The position numbers were made by a program, and so were the translations under genes. This document shows positions 58,539-64,000 of a stretch of 64,000 nucleotides of DNA, piece by piece; positions within the stretch are counted from its first letter, which is position 1; each line of letters opens with the position of its first letter. The DNA comes from Chlamydiia bacterium (GTDB taxonomy: Bacteria > Chlamydiota > Chlamydiia > Chlamydiales > 2-12-FULL-49-11): the NCBI GenBank assembly GCA_044359535.1, contig JBIKLZ010000003.1, positions 1-64,000 of the forward strand. The letters are read 5' to 3'. A model generated the notes under the pieces. The model saw nothing but the letters and a program-made list of their open reading frames with translations. It had not been told where the DNA came from and ran no database searches.

Positions 58539-59357
58539 ATGAAAAGATCTTTTATCATGATGGGGGTACATCTTTTTGCTTTTGGATCTTTTAAAAATTT
58601 TGCTCCGAAAATCGCCGCTCCTCCCTATGAAAAAAAGATCGTTGTTACAGTCCCTTCATATAATAATGAAGAGTATTTTGAGAAAAATTTGGAATCGATC
58701 TTTTCTCAAAACTATAGCGCCTATAGAGTGATCTATATTGATGATGCATCTACAGACAATACCTTTGAAAAGGTAAGTGCCTTTATTAAAGAAAAGGGAT
58801 TTGAGGATAAAGTTCTCTTAATACGCAATACTAAGAACAAAGGGGCGATGGCTAATCACTATACAATGGGACACTTAGCTGAAGATGATGAAATCATAGT
58901 CACTGTTGATGGGGATGATTGGTTGCCCCATAATGAGGTTTTTACAAGGGTAAATCAAGCCTATCATGATGAAAATGTGTGGGTTACCTATGGAACGGAT
59001 GAGGCGTATCCGGTTCCAAGAGCTTCTCTTTCCCGTCCTATACCGCTATCCATAATAAAAGAAAAAAAGTATAGGGGAATGCGATTTTTATGGACTCATC
59101 TAAGAACCTACTATGGATGGCTTTTTAAAAAAATTCCCTCTACTTCCTTTATTGATCCTTTAACAGGGAAATTTTACTCAACAGCATGTGATGTGGCTAT
59201 TATGATCCATCTTTTTGATCTAGCTCAAGAGCATGTCTACATGATTCCAGAGGTCATTTATACTTATAACACGGGAAATAGACGAAGCGATGGGTATGTA
59301 GATCCAAAAAATCAAGTGGCAACAGAAAAAAGAATTAAGGAAAGAACCCCTTTATAG
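58539..59357 (+). CDS. Family 2 glycosyltransferase
   Basis: VPSYNN, IDDASTDNT, N..NKG...N, VDGDDW, HLRT. Confidence 0.88.
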   Translation: MKRSFIMMGVHLFAFGSFKNFAPKIAAPPYEKKIVVTVPSYNNEEYFEKNLESIFSQNYSAYRVIYIDDASTDNTFEKVSAFIKEKGFEDKVLLIRNTKNKGAMANHYTMGHLAEDDEIIVTVDGDDWLPHNEVFTRVNQAYHDENVWVTYGTDEAYPVPRASLSRPIPLSIIKEKKYRGMRFLWTHLRTYYGWLFKKIPSTSFIDPLTGKFYSTACDVAIMIHLFDLAQEHVYMIPEVIYTYNTGNRRSDGYVDPKNQVATEKRIKERTPL

Positions 59358-60545
59358 AGTTTCAATAGTAGCCTTAAAATCTGCGACTTGACTTTCAAAC
59401 AACGCTTTTTTTGTCCTGCGGATGTCTTCTAGGCGATCAGAGGCCATAGAAAACATCCCTTCTACATAAGAAAGGTACTTTTCTCCTTGATTTAGATTTT
59501 CCTCTGTACCTAATCCATCTGCATAGCAAAGCCCGAGCCACATTATCGATTTTTTCTTATACAATGAAAGTTCATGAAGTTCAGCTTCTGAATAGTGCTC
59601 TGCAACATTTTCAAAAAGATAGGTAAAAGCTTTTTTTAGGTTCTTATCGACACCTAAGCCATGATGGTACATTTTAAAAAGGGTGTACGCAAAATGCCCT
59701 TGGTTAGGTTCTTTATTAAAAGCAGCGATTGCTTTTGAATAGCATTTTTTTTGGTAGTAGTATTCCCCTACTTCTCCCCATAAATGATTTGAGTAGGGGG
59801 CATCTAATCTTTCTAAAGTTTTAAGAACTTTATCGATATTGAAAAATATGGGTAGTGGGACTCCTAAATAGATTTCAGCAAGGTGTTGTTTGCTCGTATT
59901 TCGAGTTTCTTTTGAGGTACTCGGATGTTCAATCACCTTATCAAGCAATTTTATAATATGGTTTACAATTTTTTCAGTAGGGTTTATCTTAAAAAGGAGT
60001 TGAGCTATTGAATATAGATCTTGAGGTGCGTAAAAATCGGTGCAATGGTCTATAGCTTTATTTATGTACTCAAGAGCTTTCCCCTGACTTTTTGGAATGA
60101 AAGTTATATTTCCTTCTGAAAAAGTTGGGTCTAAATAAAAGTTAGCAAGAATTAACAGGGATTGTAAACAACCAAGATCAGCTGCCTTTTCATAATAAGC
60201 TATTGCACGAGGATAATTTTCTTTTCCAAAACTAGAACAACTATAGATCTCACCTAAAGTGTTAAAAATAAGACTTTTATTTGAATCTATTAATAAACTG
60301 TTAAGAGAAGTGATAATTGTCTCTACTTCTTTTATAAAGGGGGGCTTGCTTCTATGCACTTTTCCAACTAAACGCAGAACGTTAAGTCGTGATTGGAGAG
60401 CTTCAAACGTGTCCCAAAAATTTTGAGCTACCGCCTGAATTTTTGTGTCAGTGACAGGATCGGGAGAATGAACTCTTTTTTGATGTGGGGTTATTGGTGG
60501 AGTTGTTGGTGACGTGGCACCCGAACCTATGGAAGAACTAAACAT
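59352..60545 (-). CDS. Sel1/TPR-repeat protein with Ser/Thr/Pro-rich N-terminus (candidate T3SS effector)
   Basis: LGEIY...AIAYYEKAADLG, MYHHGLGVDKNLKKAF, LGLCYADGLGTEEN. Confidence 0.8.
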   Translation of the reverse strand: MFSSSIGSGATSPTTPPITPHQKRVHSPDPVTDTKIQAVAQNFWDTFEALQSRLNVLRLVGKVHRSKPPFIKEVETIITSLNSLLIDSNKSLIFNTLGEIYSCSSFGKENYPRAIAYYEKAADLGCLQSLLILANFYLDPTFSEGNITFIPKSQGKALEYINKAIDHCTDFYAPQDLYSIAQLLFKINPTEKIVNHIIKLLDKVIEHPSTSKETRNTSKQHLAEIYLGVPLPIFFNIDKVLKTLERLDAPYSNHLWGEVGEYYYQKKCYSKAIAAFNKEPNQGHFAYTLFKMYHHGLGVDKNLKKAFTYLFENVAEHYSEAELHELSLYKKKSIMWLGLCYADGLGTEENLNQGEKYLSYVEGMFSMASDRLEDIRRTKKALFESQVADFKATIETL

Positions 60546-61300
60546 TCACTCTCCTTTGTACATTTTAATTCCCATAATTTTTTTGTATCATCCCCACTCA
60601 TCGTAGTTAAAAGGGAGGTAGCTGCCTTAATATTTAAAAATGAGTTTCCATATATTCCTAAATAGATTTTAACAGCTTTTCTTTTGAATGTATGTATGGC
60701 ATCTTCAGGGGACTTAAGATGGCATAAGATTTTATGAATCAATTCTAAGCGAAGGGAGGTAACCTTTTCTGTCGCCTTGCATTGTTTAAGGAGATGATCT
60801 ATTGTTAAAGAGTGTTTTAAATCAGGAGCTTTTTTATAATATTCTATTGCTTTATTGATACATTCAAAAGCTTTTTCAGAATCAGAAGAATCTTCAGACA
60901 GAATGAATTGAGCAACATACAATAAAGCGGGGATGGAACCTTTATCCCTTGCAATCATAAAATATTTCTTTGATAAAGAGAGGTTTTCTTTTCCAAATGT
61001 TTTGGTCATATAAACTTTGCCTAAAGTATATGCCGCTTTTCCATCTTGTTCTAAGTTAGAAATAGTAGATAAAAGATGAATAGCAAAGTGTATTGTTATT
61101 TGAACATGAACATCATCTATTTGAGATGGATCAATAAGAGATACACTTTTAAGCATAGATTTTGCTATATTCAAAAAAGAGGATGCTTCTATGAATGTAA
61201 CTCCTGTTCCTTTATTATATGTCGTTGAATAAGAGGTAAGGCGGGATAGTTTATCTGGAAAGGTAAAAGGGGGTGGGGATATTGATGGGGAAGATGACAT
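60527..61300 (-). CDS. Shorter Sel1-like paralog of the downstream gene
   Basis: Probable start ATG 61300 (MSSSPSISPPPF); TLGKVY..TFGKEN, KAFECINKAI and IYLG align with 59352..60545. Confidence 0.7.
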   Translation of the reverse strand: MSSSPSISPPPFTFPDKLSRLTSYSTTYNKGTGVTFIEASSFLNIAKSMLKSVSLIDPSQIDDVHVQITIHFAIHLLSTISNLEQDGKAAYTLGKVYMTKTFGKENLSLSKKYFMIARDKGSIPALLYVAQFILSEDSSDSEKAFECINKAIEYYKKAPDLKHSLTIDHLLKQCKATEKVTSLRLELIHKILCHLKSPEDAIHTFKRKAVKIYLGIYGNSFLNIKAATSLLTTMSGDDTKKLWELKCTKESECLVLP

Positions 61301-61370
61301 TTTATTCCTTTTTTTTAAAAAAATTTTAAAGAAAGGGTGAATACATGTCAATTTTTTTAGTAGTTTAGAT

Positions 61371-62609
61371 CTAATGTGGTTTAGAACAATAAAAAAGATA
61401 TTTTTTTCTGATCTCTTCAAAAAAACGGTGGTCTTTTTCTGAGGCTTCAATCAAACTATAGGCAGGAAAGCTCTCTTTAGAAAGGATAGAAAAATACTTT
61501 TCGCTCCCATTGACTTTGTTATACATCTCTTTATTTGAGATTTTTAAAGATGCAAGATGTTTGTTCATCTCTTTTGGATAAAGAGATTTAAGGAGCCCTA
61601 GGAGCATCAGACCTGTTTTTATCGGCTTATAAGAAGAGGTTTCAGTGATATGAATTTTAACCCCTTTACAGAGGGTGTTTTTCATCGCTCCAGAAAAAGG
61701 GGTGAAAAAACATGGGGTAAAAATCACCCCTGGGAGTTTTTGATTATTTAATGTATCAGAAAATTTTTTCGCATCTATCCAAGGGGCGGCAACCACCTTA
61801 AAAGGATAGGCTGTCCCGATGCCAATACTTACACATCCAAGCTCTCCAATTGCCCCTGTTGTGGCACAATAAAAGGGGGTGTCAGGTTCTGGGATATTTG
61901 GACTAGTTGGAATCCAAAGAAGATCTGTCTCTTTAAAAACGGCTCTATCCTCCCATCCTTCCATCAAAAAGCACTTAAGGTTACATCCAATTTTATACTC
62001 TCTATTAAAAAGGAGGGCAAGTTCACAAATGGTTAAACTGTGGCAATAAGGGACGTTGATATAGCCGACAAAAGATCGAAACGATTCTTCTAACATAGGG
62101 CCATCAAAAGGGCAGTTTCCCATCGGATTTGGACGGTCAAGGACAACCATTTCGATATTAAATTTTGCTGCCTCTTCCATGCAGTAAAACAAAGTGGAGG
62201 TATAGGTATAGGGCCTTATCCCAATGTCTTGAATGTCAAAAACCAACACATCAATCTCTTTTAACATCTCTTTTGTGGGCCGTCTTGTTTCCCCATAAAG
62301 ACTGTAGATCGGTATTGAGCCGTTATAAAGAGTGTGGTCAATAGTTTTGCCTGCCTCGATATTTCCAAAAAAACCATGCTCAGGGGCAAAAATGGCTTTA
62401 ATAGAAAGGGAGGACTCATCTAGCAAGCGGTCAATGGTTAACTTCCCTTCTTTAGAAACAGCTGTATGGTTTGAAATTAAACCTATCCGTTTATTGTGAT
62501 AGTTTTTACTATTTTCTTTTGCAAGAAAGGTGTCAATCCCTAAAGTCACATTCCCTCCGCATAAAAAAGCGGGGAAAAAAATGAGAAAAACCTTGAATCC
62601 CATAACCAT
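61371..62609 (-). CDS. DUF1343 / NamZ-like exo-beta-N-acetylmuramidase
   Basis: GLISNHT, FAPEHG, SLYG..RRP, FDIQDIG.R.YTY, LDRPNP, W.PTSPNIP. Confidence 0.9.
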   Translation of the reverse strand: MVMGFKVFLIFFPAFLCGGNVTLGIDTFLAKENSKNYHNKRIGLISNHTAVSKEGKLTIDRLLDESSLSIKAIFAPEHGFFGNIEAGKTIDHTLYNGSIPIYSLYGETRRPTKEMLKEIDVLVFDIQDIGIRPYTYTSTLFYCMEEAAKFNIEMVVLDRPNPMGNCPFDGPMLEESFRSFVGYINVPYCHSLTICELALLFNREYKIGCNLKCFLMEGWEDRAVFKETDLLWIPTSPNIPEPDTPFYCATTGAIGELGCVSIGIGTAYPFKVVAAPWIDAKKFSDTLNNQKLPGVIFTPCFFTPFSGAMKNTLCKGVKIHITETSSYKPIKTGLMLLGLLKSLYPKEMNKHLASLKISNKEMYNKVNGSEKYFSILSKESFPAYSLIEASEKDHRFFEEIRKKYLFYCSKPH

Positions 62610-62641
62610 ATCGCGTACCCTTTTTGCAAGGAAATCAAAGT

Positions 62642-64000
62642 ATGTCTGAAAAAATGTTATTAAACAAGAAACAACTTGAAGCTATTTATCATATCGATGG
62701 ACCTCTTGTAGTTATTGCCGGTGCCGGCTCTGGAAAAACCGCTGTTGTGGTTCAAAGAATTGCACACCTACTTGAAAATGGTGTTTTTCCTCATGAAATA
62801 CTTGCCCTTACATTTACAAATAAAGCAGCTTCTGAATTAAGGGAAAGGTTGGAAAAAAGGGCTCTTACCCCTCCATTAACTGTAACGTTTCACGCCCTTG
62901 GAGTAAGAATTCTTCGTGAATCGATCCACCACTTTGGATATACCAATAACTTTTCAATCTTTGATCAATCGGATTCTGAGTCCCTTATCGGTGCAGTTAT
63001 GGTCGAACTTACGGGGAAAAAGGAAAAAAAAGATGTTAAAGAGATGAAAAGTAACATTTCATCGGCTAAATCTAAACTGATATCACCACAATCCCATTTT
63101 TCAAAAGAGTTATTCTTCGCTTCAGAAGGGGAAAGAGCCTTTTTTTTCCAGGTCTATGCCCTCTATCAGGAAAGATTAAAAGGGGCAAATGCTGTAGATT
63201 TTGATGATTTGATTTCTCTTACTGTCCAAATTCTACAAGATAAGGAATTACATAGAATCTATGCCGATCGATGGAAGTATCTATTAGTCGATGAGTATCA
63301 AGATACAAACCATGCTCAATATCTTATTTGTAAAGCGTTATGCTCAAAACATAAAAATATTTTTGTTGTGGGGGATCCTGACCAGTCCATTTATTCGTGG
63401 AGGGGGGCAAAAATCAGCAATATTTTACATTTTGAAAAGGATTTTCCAGGGGCACATGTAATAGCCCTTGAACAAAATTATCGAAGCACATCCCATATTT
63501 TATCTGCAGCTAACTATGTAATACAAAAAAATGACCGGCTGTATGAAAAGAATCTTTACAGTGAAAAAGGGGATGGGGAAAAGGTCTATGTACACCCTTT
63601 TTCAAATGGATATGAAGAGAGTCGATTTGTTGTTCAAGAGATTAAAAAAGCCTTAAAAGAGGGGGTAGAACCACAAGAGATTGTGATTTTTTATCGAACC
63701 AATTCTCAGTCAAGGATGTTTGAAGATAGCCTTATAGAACAAAAAATTCCCTATCACATTATTGGGGGGCTCTCTTTTTATCAACGAAAGGAAATCAAAG
63801 ATATATTAGCCTTTTTAAGGATGATTGTTGCTCCTTTTGATACAGTAAGTTTTTCACGCATCATCCATTTGCCTAAAAGGGGGTTGGGGCCAAAATCTAT
63901 AGAAAAAATCATTTCAGCAAGCAGGGAGAGTCAAAAATCCATCATAGATATTTTAAGGGAGGCTCTTGCTGGTAAAGCATTGTTTAAATTAACAACCACC
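62642..64000 (+). CDS. uvrD: UvrD/PcrA DNA helicase (3'-truncated by window; absent from ORF track)
   Basis: Translation from ATG 62642 gives MSEKMLLNKKQLEAI...VIAGAGSGKT...LTFTNKAA...VDEYQDTN...VGDPDQSIYSWRGA...LEQNYRS. Confidence 0.95.
   Translation, partial: MSEKMLLNKKQLEAIYHIDGPLVVIAGAGSGKTAVVVQRIAHLLENGVFPHEILALTFTNKAASELRERLEKRALTPPLTVTFHALGVRILRESIHHFGYTNNFSIFDQSDSESLIGAVMVELTGKKEKKDVKEMKSNISSAKSKLISPQSHFSKELFFASEGERAFFFQVYALYQERLKGANAVDFDDLISLTVQILQDKELHRIYADRWKYLLVDEYQDTNHAQYLICKALCSKHKNIFVVGDPDQSIYSWRGAKISNILHFEKDFPGAHVIALEQNYRSTSHILSAANYVIQKNDRLYEKNLYSEKGDGEKVYVHPFSNGYEESRFVVQEIKKALKEGVEPQEIVIFYRTNSQSRMFEDSLIEQKIPYHIIGGLSFYQRKEIKDILAFLRMIVAPFDTVSFSRIIHLPKRGLGPKSIEKIISASRESQKSIIDILREALAGKALFKLTTT

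Noticed and set aside
1-64000. CRISPR arrays, IS elements, prophage, rRNA and dedicated anti-phage systems
   Set aside because: No regularly spaced repeats, transposase, integrase or phage genes seen; the helicases and nucleases present are canonical RecBCD, UvrB and UvrD, and the NYN gene is a YacP-like housekeeping type

Overview
AT-rich bacterial chromosome segment, almost certainly from an environmental member of Chlamydiota. Hallmarks are a Pgp6-D/CT583-family gene beside thrS, a ~714-aa GreA, a TopA-SWIB fusion, a double-length ThyX, a membrane RsbU near eno, Npt/TLC nucleotide transporters and Lpg1974-like MOMP-type porins. Most of it is housekeeping and DNA repair (recCBD, ung, recA, rdgB, uvrB, topA, uvrD, thrS, eno, glk, dus) plus one tRNA-Arg(ACG). 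By eye the + strand switches from C-rich to G-rich at the ung/glmU-like spacer (~26.95-27.27 kb), which carries 11-bp-phased DnaA-box-like sites, so this is the likely oriC. The most interesting candidates are: (1) a duplicated nucleotide-transporter pair flanking a LysR regulator with a T-N11-A operator; (2) a 584-aa hypothetical protein with a split papain-like Cys/His/Asp-Asn signature; (3) a PilM/GspL-like plus PilO/GspM-like plus lipoprotein operon that may be a missing T2SS/T4P alignment complex; (4) a PagL-like barrel lacking the catalytic His; (5) orphan effector-like ORFs (shared C-terminal GW motif, a 114-aa tandem duplication, Sel1 paralogs, an Asp-box tail); (6) a low-GC glycosyltransferase near oriC. 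No CRISPR array, IS element, integrase or prophage was seen. All calls come from motif recognition by eye; no searches were run.
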